Shown in pieces: positions 45,616-54,533 of a stretch of 64,000 bases of DNA; the stretch's first letter is position 1, and each line of letters begins with the position of its first letter. The stretch lies in NCBI GenBank assembly GCA_965198065.1, contig CBDAON010000004.1, positions 2,560,001 to 2,624,000 on the forward strand, in the 5' to 3' direction. Source of the stretch: Longimicrobiales bacterium. Its GTDB lineage: Bacteria > Gemmatimonadota > Gemmatimonadetes > Longimicrobiales > Gaopeijiaceae. The notes below the pieces were generated by a model. The model was given only the letters and a program-made list of their open reading frames with translations. It was not told the DNA's origin and searched no databases. Position numbers and translations under genes: made by a program.

Positions 45616-45703
45616 CGGCGCCTCCCGAGTCGATCGCAGGCCGACCGTTCCGTGTCCGATCGTTCCTTGCTGGAGGGGTACTTTGTCGCATCTTTGTGCG
45701 ACC

Positions 45704-46852
45704 ATGTCAACCGACCCCCGTAGCCGGGCGTGGGTCGAGGTGAATCCTCGAGCCCTCCGGCGAAACCTGGAGCGCGTTCGCGAGGCGGTTGGAGGAGGGG
45801 TCGGGTTGCTGCCCATGGTCAAGGCGGACGCGTACGGGGTCGGGCTCGAGGAGGCCGTGAGGGCGGTGGAGCCCGCCGGGCCGTGGGGATACGGGGTCGC
45901 GACCGTCGAGGAAGGCGCGAGGGTTCGGGGCGCGGGCAGCGAGCGTCCCGTCCTCGTCGTCTCGCCCGTCCCGCCCGGGGCGGTGCAGGCGGCCTTCGAG
46001 CTCGGCCTGACGCTCTCCGTCTCCGACCTCCGCGTTCTTGAGGCCATCGCGGAGACGGCCGATCGGCTCGGAGTGGAGGCTGCCGTACATCTCGACGTGG
46101 ATACCGGGATGGGGCGCTCCGGATTCGACTGGCGCCGGGTCGCGGAGTGGGGTCCGGAGGTCGCGCGGTTGGTGAGAGGCCGGGTCCGATTGGAGGGGGC
46201 GTTCACCCACTTCCACTCGGCGGACGAGCGGGACCCGGCGAGCGTGACCCTCCAGGCCGAGCGGTTCACCGAGGTCGTGGATGCCCTCGGAGCGGTGGGG
46301 CTTCGCGTTCGGCTGGTCCACCTGAGTAACTCAGCGGCGGCCCTCCGCCGGCCGGAGCTCGCGGCCGAGCTCGTGAGACCGGGAATCTTCCTCTATGGGG
46401 GGCGGGCAGGCGAGAGGCTCCCCGAGCCCGAGGAGGTCGTCCGGCTCCGTGCCCGGGTCGTCCTGATCCGGGATGCGACCTCCGGATCCACGCTGGGGTA
46501 CGGAGCGACGCACGTGGCCGCGGCGCCCGAGCGATGGGCCACGGTAGGGATCGGGTACGGCGACGGCCTCCCCCGGGCGCTGGGAAACCGGGGAGCTGCG
46601 CTGGTTCTGGGAAGGAAGGTGCCGATCATCGGACGGATCTCAATGGACCTGACGGTGGTAGACATCACCGGCCTCGCGGATCTGGAGGTGAGCGTGGGCA
46701 CAGCGGTCACCTTCATCGGGGCCGAGGGCGAAGCGCACATCTCGCTCGACGAGGTCGCCGCCCAAGCGGGAACGATCAGCTACGAGATCCTGACCGGGCT
46801 CGCGGCCCGCCTGCCGCGCATCTGGGCGTCCGGCCCTGTCGTGGAATCATGA
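45704..46852 (+). CDS. alr: alanine racemase
   Basis: VKADAYG (PLP lysine), DTGMGRSG, THF, NSAA, RPGIFLYG, GYGDG, GRISMD, YEIL. Confidence 0.96.
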   Translation: MSTDPRSRAWVEVNPRALRRNLERVREAVGGGVGLLPMVKADAYGVGLEEAVRAVEPAGPWGYGVATVEEGARVRGAGSERPVLVVSPVPPGAVQAAFELGLTLSVSDLRVLEAIAETADRLGVEAAVHLDVDTGMGRSGFDWRRVAEWGPEVARLVRGRVRLEGAFTHFHSADERDPASVTLQAERFTEVVDALGAVGLRVRLVHLSNSAAALRRPELAAELVRPGIFLYGGRAGERLPEPEEVVRLRARVVLIRDATSGSTLGYGATHVAAAPERWATVGIGYGDGLPRALGNRGAALVLGRKVPIIGRISMDLTVVDITGLADLEVSVGTAVTFIGAEGEAHISLDEVAAQAGTISYEILTGLAARLPRIWASGPVVES

Positions 46853-46902
46853 CCGGCGTCCACGCCGATCCCCACACGGACGACGGAAAGGCCTCCCAGT
46901 GA
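46849..46902 (+). other. 17-codon mini-ORF (MTGVHADPHTDDGKASQ) overlapping both neighbours
   Basis: ATGA overlap with the alr stop and GTGA overlap with the next start. Confidence 0.5.
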
Positions 46903-48212
46903 CGACGAGACTCCTTGGAACGAGCGCCCTGGCAGCCTTTCTCCTCGCGTGGGGGTGCACCGACGCGACACCGACCTCAGACGATCCGGGGCTCATCCCC
47001 CTAAACCCGCGAACCGTCGAGCTCGTCCTCCCCTTCGCGGAGTTCGGCGACTCGCTCCAGCTCCTGAGCGGATACGCGTCCCAGGCGGAGCTCACGGGCG
47101 CGCTCCTGGCCCGGGGGTGGGCGGGAGACCTGGACGCCCACACTCTGGTTCGCTTCGGCCCTCCGGCGGACCGAATCCAAGTGATCCCCCCCGGGGGCTC
47201 CGACACGGTCCCGGACCTAGAGTACTGGCCGATCGAGGGACGCGTCGTCGTCACCTTGGACACCATGGACGCCGTTGGAGACCGTCCGTTCGAGATCAAT
47301 GCGGAAGCGATTGAGACGCCCTGGCACGTGTCCTCGGCGACGTGGGAGCACGCGATCGACACCTTGGTAAACACGGCCCCCTGGCCGGAGCCGGGCGGCG
47401 GTCCGGTGACTGCCCTCGCGGTCGATCGCTGGGCGGGTCCGCGGGACGGGGACGCGGTCTTCTTCTTCCTGGACTCGCTCACGGTCTCGCGATGGTTCGA
47501 TCAGTCGAGGCCGGAGAACGGCCTCCGGATCACGGTAACGGGGCCCGGATCCCGGCTCGGTGTCGAGACTGTGGAGCTCGTCTACCTCGTCCGGTCCTCC
47601 ATCCATCCGGACACGATCGTCGAGCTCGACGCCCTCTCGAGCGAGACGACCGTCGTGTACTCGCCGGAGCCGCAGCCGCTGGAGGGCGCATTCCGGATCG
47701 GTGGGGCGCCCGCACATCGGGCGGCCGTCCACTTCGACCTTCCGGAGGCCGTCGAGGGGGACACCTCCACCTGCGAGGGAGCCCCTTGCACGATCGAGAT
47801 CCTCGCCGACCGGCTGGTCTACGCGGGGCTCCGCCTGTACTCCCACGGGACGGCTCCCCTTGGGCTCCAGCCGCTGGACTCGATCTCGATCGACATGCGT
47901 CCGGTGCTGCTCCCGAGCCGCGTTCGCCGCTCCCCTCTGGGGCCCAGCGCGCAGACCATCCCGAAGATGGTCGCTCCGGAGCTGTTTTCCCCGGGATCGG
48001 CGTCCATGGTCGAGCTTCCGGTGACGCGATACCTGAGGGAGCTGTTGACGGACCCCCCGGACGGATCCGATGCGACGTCGCCCGTGCTGATGCTCCTCAC
48101 GACCTTCGAGCCCTGGTCGCTCGAGCACGCCACGTTCTGGGGACTCGGGAGCGACAACGAGCCTACCCTTCGCCTCGTCCTCAGCTGGACGGAGGGGCTA
48201 GGGCTCCCATGA
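46899..48212 (+). CDS. hypothetical lipoprotein
   Basis: Lipobox-like AWGC after a hydrophobic stretch; beta-rich sequence; overlaps the next gene. Confidence 0.7.
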   Translation: MTTRLLGTSALAAFLLAWGCTDATPTSDDPGLIPLNPRTVELVLPFAEFGDSLQLLSGYASQAELTGALLARGWAGDLDAHTLVRFGPPADRIQVIPPGGSDTVPDLEYWPIEGRVVVTLDTMDAVGDRPFEINAEAIETPWHVSSATWEHAIDTLVNTAPWPEPGGGPVTALAVDRWAGPRDGDAVFFFLDSLTVSRWFDQSRPENGLRITVTGPGSRLGVETVELVYLVRSSIHPDTIVELDALSSETTVVYSPEPQPLEGAFRIGGAPAHRAAVHFDLPEAVEGDTSTCEGAPCTIEILADRLVYAGLRLYSHGTAPLGLQPLDSISIDMRPVLLPSRVRRSPLGPSAQTIPKMVAPELFSPGSASMVELPVTRYLRELLTDPPDGSDATSPVLMLLTTFEPWSLEHATFWGLGSDNEPTLRLVLSWTEGLGLP

Positions 48213-49393
48213 CGCCTCGGGTGCGCTCAGGCGGGAACTGGAGTGCCATCGCCATGCTCGGCGCGGCGCTCGTGGCCGCACCGTCCCAGCTAGAGGCGCA
48301 GTCGCTCGTAGCGCGGGCGGGTCTCGGGCTGCCGGTCGAGCCGCTCGATGCTCGAAGCCGCGCCATGGGCGGAGCCGGGATCGGGCTCTCGGGCGCTTAC
48401 CTCCTGGCCACGGATCCCGCCGCGGCGGCGGGGCTCGTGCTGCCGAGCGTGACGGGGAGCTACCAGCCGACGCGCTCCACGCTCACAGACGGAACGCGCG
48501 CGGGCCGGGCCCGCTTCCCCGTTGTTGGTGCCTCGTATCCCTATCGCGCCAATGTCTTCTCGGTTCAGTTCTCGGGGTTCCTCGACCAGGACTGGGAGGT
48601 CAGCTCGGAGAGGGTCCTGACCGTGTCGGGAGGATCCGTGGGGGCCACCGACACGTTTCGATCGTCGGGCGGCATCGGGCAGGCCCGGATCGGGGTGGCG
48701 AGGCGGGTCGCGGAATCCCTCTCCATTGGGCTCTCGCTCGGGACGTACACCGGATCGATGGAGCGGACGTTCGAGCGCGTGCTCGATGCCGACGACTTCG
48801 GGCTCGACGTGGAGCCGTTCGTCATCCAGGGCCGTTGGCGTGCGTCCGGAAAGACTGCGGTGCTCGGGGCGGTATGGAATCCGGGCCCGCTTCTCCAGCT
48901 CGCGGCTTCGGCCGCCTGGTCGGGGGACCTCGAGCTCAGATCTGCCGGGGAAGGGGTCGGCGAGGACGGGACGTATGCAATGCCCTTCGAGCTCAGGGCG
49001 GGAGGGACGTTCACCCTGGCCGGGGACCTGGGCCTCGCGCTCGGGGTCAGCTACGCGGACTGGAGCGGGACTGGGGCCGATTTTGAGAACGAGATGGCCA
49101 GGGGGGCTGCGTGGAGCTACGGAGCGGGCGTCGAGTGGTCGGCCACCACGCTCCTGGGGCGATCCATACCTATTCGACTGGGTGCCCGGCATATCGATCT
49201 CCCGTTCACGTTCGGTGGAGACGCCGTCTCCGAACGGGTCCTGTCCGGTGGCGTGGGTCTCGTCCTCGTCCAGGGCCAGGGGATTCCGCTCGCGCTCCTC
49301 GAGATCGGGGTCGAGAACGGAACCCGGAACGGGGGTGCGGTCTCGGAAGAGTTCTGGCGCACGACCATAACCGTCCAAGTGGCCGGCAACTGA
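48209..49393 (+). CDS. outer-membrane beta-barrel protein (FadL/PorV-like N-terminus)
   Basis: Signal peptide ..LEAQ; GLG.....DARSRAMGGAG....DPAAAA N-terminal motif; amphipathic strands. Confidence 0.72.
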   Translation: MTPRVRSGGNWSAIAMLGAALVAAPSQLEAQSLVARAGLGLPVEPLDARSRAMGGAGIGLSGAYLLATDPAAAAGLVLPSVTGSYQPTRSTLTDGTRAGRARFPVVGASYPYRANVFSVQFSGFLDQDWEVSSERVLTVSGGSVGATDTFRSSGGIGQARIGVARRVAESLSIGLSLGTYTGSMERTFERVLDADDFGLDVEPFVIQGRWRASGKTAVLGAVWNPGPLLQLAASAAWSGDLELRSAGEGVGEDGTYAMPFELRAGGTFTLAGDLGLALGVSYADWSGTGADFENEMARGAAWSYGAGVEWSATTLLGRSIPIRLGARHIDLPFTFGGDAVSERVLSGGVGLVLVQGQGIPLALLEIGVENGTRNGGAVSEEFWRTTITVQVAGN

Positions 49394-49466
49394 GCGTCGT
49401 GACGGGCCCGGCGCCAGGGCGATCCCGCTATTGGTCTGACCGGGCCGGGGTGGTTCAATTAGGGCC

Positions 49467-50855
49467 ATGACGAGCCCGATCCCACGGGTCCGGCGGGCGT
49501 ACGTCGAGACGTACGGCTGTCAGATGAACATCGCCGACGGCGAGTTGATGGAGGGGGTGCTCGACCGGGCAGGCTACGAGATCGTCTCCTCCCCCGAGGA
49601 GGCCGACGTCGTGCTCGTGAACACCTGCGCGATCCGGGAGCACGCGGAGAGCCGGGTCATCGGGCGGGTCGGCCAGTTGAGCTCGCTCAAGAGAGAGCGG
49701 CCCGACCTCCTCATTGCCGTCACCGGGTGCATGGCCCAGCGGATGGGCGAGCCGCTTCTCAAGAGGGCCCCGTACGTGGATCTGGTCGTGGGCCCGGACG
49801 GGTATCGAGCTCTGCCGGCCCATCTGGAGCGGCTCTTCCAAGACGCCTGCGAGGACCAGCGACCTCGAGCGACGCGGCGCCGGCTCCAGCTCGCTGTGCT
49901 CGAGCTGGATCCGGGCGAGAGCTACCAAGGGCTGGAGCAGAGGCGGAGGAGCGGACCCTCCGCGTGGGTTCCGATCCAGCGCGGCTGCGACCATCGCTGC
50001 ACGTTCTGCATCGTGCCCTACGTCCGTGGTCCGGAGAAGAACCGGGCGCCGGACGACGTGCTGGACGAGATCCGGCGCCTCGCCGAGGGGGACATCTCGG
50101 AGGTTACCCTCCTGGGGCAGACCGTGAACTCGTATCGGCACGGGGAGTGGTCGTTCGCACGCCTCCTCCGAGAGGTCGGTCGCGTGGACGGAATCCGCCG
50201 CGTGCGCTTCACCTCCCCCCACCCGGGCGACGTGACGGACGAGCTCGTGGACGTGATGGGCACCGAGCCGGCCGTGTGCGAGCAGCTCCACCTACCGGTC
50301 CAATCTGGGAACGACCGCACGCTGAAGCGGATGGTCCGGCGGTACACGGTCGCGGAGTACCTCGGGATCGTGGAAGCGGTGCGGGAAGCCGTGCCTGACA
50401 TCGCGCTCTCGACGGACATCATCGTGGGTTTCCCCGGGGAGACGGAGCGGGAGTTCGAGGACACGCTCGACCTCATCCGGCGGGTACGGTTCGACGACGC
50501 GTTCACGTACCGGTACTCGCCGCGAGAGGGTACACCGGCCACGCGGGTTCCCGAGGAAGATCACGTCCCCGAAGGGGAGGCCCAGGAGCGGCTCGAGGAG
50601 CTCATCCGGGTCGCGCGGGAGATCCAGGCCGAGATCAATCGGGGCGAGGTTGGCCGGCTGGAGGAGGTGCTTCTCGAGCGGGAGGCGCGGGATCCGCGGG
50701 AGCTCCGGGGCCGAACGCGGCGAAACAAGGTCGTGACGCTCCCGGCGCCCGGGTGCAGGGTCGGGGACTACGTGCCCGCGGAGCTCACGGCGACCACGGG
50801 AGCCACCTTTTCGGGCGGGCTAGCCGAAGCGCCCATCGCTGTGAACTGTCGGTGA
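49467..50855 (+). CDS. miaB: tRNA i6A37 methylthiotransferase
   Basis: TYGCQMN, NTCAIRE, GCMAQ, CDHRCTFC radical-SAM motif, LHLPVQSG, TDIIVGFPGET, TRAM domain. Confidence 0.96.
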   Translation: MTSPIPRVRRAYVETYGCQMNIADGELMEGVLDRAGYEIVSSPEEADVVLVNTCAIREHAESRVIGRVGQLSSLKRERPDLLIAVTGCMAQRMGEPLLKRAPYVDLVVGPDGYRALPAHLERLFQDACEDQRPRATRRRLQLAVLELDPGESYQGLEQRRRSGPSAWVPIQRGCDHRCTFCIVPYVRGPEKNRAPDDVLDEIRRLAEGDISEVTLLGQTVNSYRHGEWSFARLLREVGRVDGIRRVRFTSPHPGDVTDELVDVMGTEPAVCEQLHLPVQSGNDRTLKRMVRRYTVAEYLGIVEAVREAVPDIALSTDIIVGFPGETEREFEDTLDLIRRVRFDDAFTYRYSPREGTPATRVPEEDHVPEGEAQERLEELIRVAREIQAEINRGEVGRLEEVLLEREARDPRELRGRTRRNKVVTLPAPGCRVGDYVPAELTATTGATFSGGLAEAPIAVNCR

Positions 50856-51163
50856 GCAGGCTCACCGGGGCCGCGGGCGTCCTGGGCGTCCTCGTCCTGG
50901 TGACGTTCTTCGCCCGCTGGAACGGAGGGGAGCGGGTCACGCTCGACCTGGGCCTCTACACGTTCTATCGGGTTCCCCTCACCTACGTTGCGTTCGGGGG
51001 CCTCTTCATCGGGATGCTCGTGATGCTGGTCGCGGGAATCCACTCGGACCTGAAGGTACGGCGCTTCCTCCGGGAGCGGCTCGAGGACGAGGACCGGGAG
51101 GAGCGCCGCCGCATCGATCGGAACCAGCAGGACCTCTTCCGCCTCCCCGGCACGGAGGACTAG
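50852..51163 (+). CDS. LapA (DUF1049)-like small membrane protein
   Basis: Two TMs flanking N..ERVTLDL...VPL, charged C-terminal tail; GTGA overlap with miaB. Confidence 0.7.
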   Translation: MSRLTGAAGVLGVLVLVTFFARWNGGERVTLDLGLYTFYRVPLTYVAFGGLFIGMLVMLVAGIHSDLKVRRFLRERLEDEDREERRRIDRNQQDLFRLPGTED

Positions 51164-53503
51164 ACGCAGAGGGACCGGCTCCCTCCGGTAACCCGGGTGG
51201 CGGTGGCCTACGCCTCTGGGATCGCTCTCCCGCTCCTGGGTGCCGACGTGGCGCCGGCGCTCCTCGCCTTCGCTCTCTCTCTCGCGCTCGTGTGCCTATG
51301 GCGCCGCCCCTGGCCGCTTGGCGTTCTCCTCGTGGCCGCGGTTGCCGGTGCCTCGTCGGGCTCCGCCTTTCTCCAGACCCGGGCGTGCGACTGCCGGCTC
51401 CGCCTCCCCGTGGACTGGGAAGGACCAGTGGAGGGCCGGCTCCTCGCCCGGTCGGGGGACGGAACCCTTCCGTTTCAGATCGAGGGGGGTGGGGCCGGCG
51501 TGGGGGGCTGCCACGAGGTCGTCCGCGCGTTCGCCCCGCCGGGCGACCGACTCCCGAGGGCCGGCGAGCGCATCCGGGTCGAGGCCCGCTGGGAGGGTCG
51601 GAGCTTCCCCGAGCCTGGGCGCGCCGAGTGGGCGGGTCGCCTTCGACTCGGGGCGGACTGGGAGAGGGCCGACGGCGGCGGGCTCGTCGGACTCGTGCTC
51701 TCCTTCCGTGCTCGCGTGCAGGAACGGATGGTTCTCCTCTGGGGCGAGCGGTCCGCCCCCTTCGTCGAGGCGCTGATTCTGGCGCGCCGGGAGCACCTGG
51801 ATCCGGCGCTCGCCGATGCCTTCGCGCTCTCGGGGATCGCCCACCTGCTCGCGATCTCAGGATTCCACGTGGGCGTCGTGGCCGCGATTCTCTTCGGGTT
51901 GCTGCGCGCCGCCGGGCTCCGCCACCGGGGGGCGGGCCTCGCGTCCACGGCCGGGTGCTGGGGTTACGTGCTCGGGATCGGTGCTCCGCAAGCCGCCGTC
52001 CGCGCGTGTCTGCTCCTCACGCTCCTGGCGCTCGCCCGCCTCCGGGGGCGCCCCGTCGTCGGGGTTGGGGCGCTGGGCTCGGCCCTCCTCATCCTTCTCC
52101 TGGTCAGTCCGGGCTGGCTGGGATCGGTCGGCTTCCAGCTCTCCTTCGCGGGCACCGCGGGGCTCCTTCTCCTCCGGCGCCCTGTGGCCGAGGTCCTCGA
52201 GGAGGTCTGGCTTCGGGCGATCGGGCGGGCCTTTCCCCGGAAACGGGAGCGTGGGTTCGGTGCGGCCCTGGTCCGGTGGGGGGCTGAAGGGACCGCGGTG
52301 GGCCTGGCCGCGACGATCCCCACGCTCCCGCTCCTCGCTTGGCATTTCGTTCGCCTCTCCCTGGTCGGGGTGCCGGCCACGCTCCTCTTGGCCCCGGCCA
52401 TCTCCCTCGCGATCCCGGGGATCGCAGGCAGCCTCGCGGTCTCGGTTGCCTCCGTCCCGCTCGGCACCTTCCTGGCGGGCGGGCCCGCGCTCTTTCTCGT
52501 CGGAGTCGAGGAAGCGGCCCGTCGGATGACGTCGCTTCCCTTCGCTTCCGTCTGGATCTCCAGGCGGGCGCTGCTCACGGCGATCCTAGGCGGGGCCCTC
52601 ACGCACCTCTTTCTCAGACTCACGTTCCGCGGCCGGGTGCGACCTCGCGTCCGGGGACTCGCATCGCTCGGCGGAGGTGGGGCACTCGCGCTGCTCGCGC
52701 CCCTCCTTCCGCTTGGCGGTAGTCTCGAGGTCCACGTGCTGGACGTGGGTCAGGGAGAGGCGATCGCGCTCCGCTCGCCGTCCGGCCGGTGGATGCTGAT
52801 CGACGCGGGTCCGAGAAGCGAGGGATACGACGCCGGGGAGCGACGGGTGGTGCCCTACCTCAAGCGATGGGGCGTCCGCCGACTAGATGCCTTGGTTCTC
52901 ACGCACCCGCACCTGGATCACATCGGCGGCGCGCCCGCGGTTCTCCGGAGCTTCTCGGTACAAGGAATCCTCGACCCCTCCCGGCCATACGGCTCGCCGC
53001 CGTATCTGGAGGTCCTGGAGAGGGCGCGCGACGGGGAAGTGGCATGGTGGACCGCGACCGGCGGTATGACGTTCGACTTCGACGGGATCGAGGTGACGCT
53101 CCCGCATCCGCCTCCCCGCTTTCCGGACGCTACGGAGCCGGCGGACCCGAACGACATCTCGATCGTGCTCCTGGTGCGGTGGGGCGACGCCTCGGTCCTC
53201 CTTACCGGGGACGCTCCGGCGGTTGTGGAGCAGACCCTCCTCCTCGGGCTCTCCCCGGTAACGCTCCTCAAGCTCGGACACCACGGAAGCCGCACTTCCA
53301 CGTCCCCGGAGCTCCTTCGCACGGTGAGGCCCCGAGCGGCCGTGGTCTCCGCCGGAGAGGGGAACCGGTTCGGGCACCCCCACGCCGAGGTGCTGGAGCG
53401 CGTCGGGACGGCTGGGATCGGCCTGTTTCGGACCGACCGGGACGGGGATGTCCGAATCCGTCTCGGCCCGGACGGATCCCTTCAGGTGGGCACTTCGAGG
53501 TGA
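51164..53503 (+). CDS. comEC: DNA uptake competence protein ComEC/Rec2
   Basis: GIAHLLAISGFHV, GFQLSF, LDVGQG, THPHLDHIGG, LTGD, HHGSRTS, NRFGHP. First canonical start is GTG 51197; ACG 51164 proposed (see findings). Confidence 0.93.
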   Translation, partial: TQRDRLPPVTRVAVAYASGIALPLLGADVAPALLAFALSLALVCLWRRPWPLGVLLVAAVAGASSGSAFLQTRACDCRLRLPVDWEGPVEGRLLARSGDGTLPFQIEGGGAGVGGCHEVVRAFAPPGDRLPRAGERIRVEARWEGRSFPEPGRAEWAGRLRLGADWERADGGGLVGLVLSFRARVQERMVLLWGERSAPFVEALILARREHLDPALADAFALSGIAHLLAISGFHVGVVAAILFGLLRAAGLRHRGAGLASTAGCWGYVLGIGAPQAAVRACLLLTLLALARLRGRPVVGVGALGSALLILLLVSPGWLGSVGFQLSFAGTAGLLLLRRPVAEVLEEVWLRAIGRAFPRKRERGFGAALVRWGAEGTAVGLAATIPTLPLLAWHFVRLSLVGVPATLLLAPAISLAIPGIAGSLAVSVASVPLGTFLAGGPALFLVGVEEAARRMTSLPFASVWISRRALLTAILGGALTHLFLRLTFRGRVRPRVRGLASLGGGGALALLAPLLPLGGSLEVHVLDVGQGEAIALRSPSGRWMLIDAGPRSEGYDAGERRVVPYLKRWGVRRLDALVLTHPHLDHIGGAPAVLRSFSVQGILDPSRPYGSPPYLEVLERARDGEVAWWTATGGMTFDFDGIEVTLPHPPPRFPDATEPADPNDISIVLLVRWGDASVLLTGDAPAVVEQTLLLGLSPVTLLKLGHHGSRTSTSPELLRTVRPRAAVVSAGEGNRFGHPHAEVLERVGTAGIGLFRTDRDGDVRIRLGPDGSLQVGTSR

Positions 53504-53509
53504 TACAAT
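53501..53509 (+). promoter_or_regulatory. extended -10 element upstream of fbp
   Basis: TGATACAAT (TGn-TACAAT) lies 9 nt before the fbp ATG, with no SD in between. Confidence 0.55.
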
Positions 53510-53518
53510 GGATCCACC

Positions 53519-54526
53519 ATGGCCGATACCCACATCGTCACGATCGACCGACACATCGTCGAGGAGGAGCGACGCCACCCCGATGCCCGGGGGGCGTTCT
53601 CGAACATCCTCGCCGACCTCGCCATGGCCGCGAAGGTGATCGCCCGGCAGGTGAATATGGCGGGGCTGATGGACATCCTGGGAAAGGCCGGGCACCGGAA
53701 CGTCCAGGGGGAGGCCGTCCAGAAGCTGGACGTGTTCGCCCAAGAGGTAATCTACCGGGCCATGGACCACACCGGTTACCTCTGCTGCATGGTCTCGGAG
53801 GAGAGCGAGGACTTCATTCCCGTTCCGGAGAAGTTTCCGGCCGGCGACTACGTCCTGGTCTTCGACCCCCTCGACGGGTCGTCCAACATCGACGTGAACG
53901 TGTCGATCGGGACGATCTTCGCGATCCTGAAAAAGGTGTCCGCCAGCGAGCGCGGGAGCCTGGAGGACTGCCTGCAGCCGGGACGCAAGCAGATCGCCGC
54001 CGGGTATGTGGTATACGGGTCGTCGACCATGATGGTGTACACGGCGGGGAAGGGAGTCCACGGATTCACGCTCGACCCGTCCATCGGCGAGTTCATCCTA
54101 AGCCACCCGGACATCCGTATCCCGGATCCCCCGGCCCGCTCGTACTCAGTGAACGAGGCGTACTCCGCCCGCTGGTCGCCCGGGGTCAGGGGCTTTGTCG
54201 ATCACCTCAAGAGAGAAGAGGGCGGCGGGTACTCGTCCCGGTACATCGGCTCCCTCGTAGCCGACTTCCACCGCACGCTTCTCAAGGGCGGGATCTTCCT
54301 GTACCCGGCGGATCGAAGGAGCCCCTCCGGCAAGCTTCGCCTCGTCTACGAGGCGGCACCTCTCGCCCTGATCGCGGAGGCGGCCGGAGGCCGGGCCTCG
54401 AGTGGGCGGCAGGACATCCTGGACCTGAAGCCGGCGGAGCTGCACGAGAGGACGCCTCTCTTCATCGGCTCCCCCGTCCTGGTCACACGGGCGGAGGAGT
54501 TCCTGGCACGCGAATCGGGAGGGTGA
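53519..54526 (+). CDS. fbp: class 1 fructose-1,6-bisphosphatase
   Basis: [56 protein letters not shown]. Confidence 0.97.
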   Translation: MADTHIVTIDRHIVEEERRHPDARGAFSNILADLAMAAKVIARQVNMAGLMDILGKAGHRNVQGEAVQKLDVFAQEVIYRAMDHTGYLCCMVSEESEDFIPVPEKFPAGDYVLVFDPLDGSSNIDVNVSIGTIFAILKKVSASERGSLEDCLQPGRKQIAAGYVVYGSSTMMVYTAGKGVHGFTLDPSIGEFILSHPDIRIPDPPARSYSVNEAYSARWSPGVRGFVDHLKREEGGGYSSRYIGSLVADFHRTLLKGGIFLYPADRRSPSGKLRLVYEAAPLALIAEAAGGRASSGRQDILDLKPAELHERTPLFIGSPVLVTRAEEFLARESGG

Positions 54527-54533
54527 GCCGCCG

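Noticed and set aside
45685..45706. Inverted repeat GTCGCA-N6-TGCGAC and a shared CATG giving back-to-back ATGs for mazG and alr
   Set aside because: mazG has a better SD-supported start at 45615, and a single 6-bp palindrome is not enough to call an operator.
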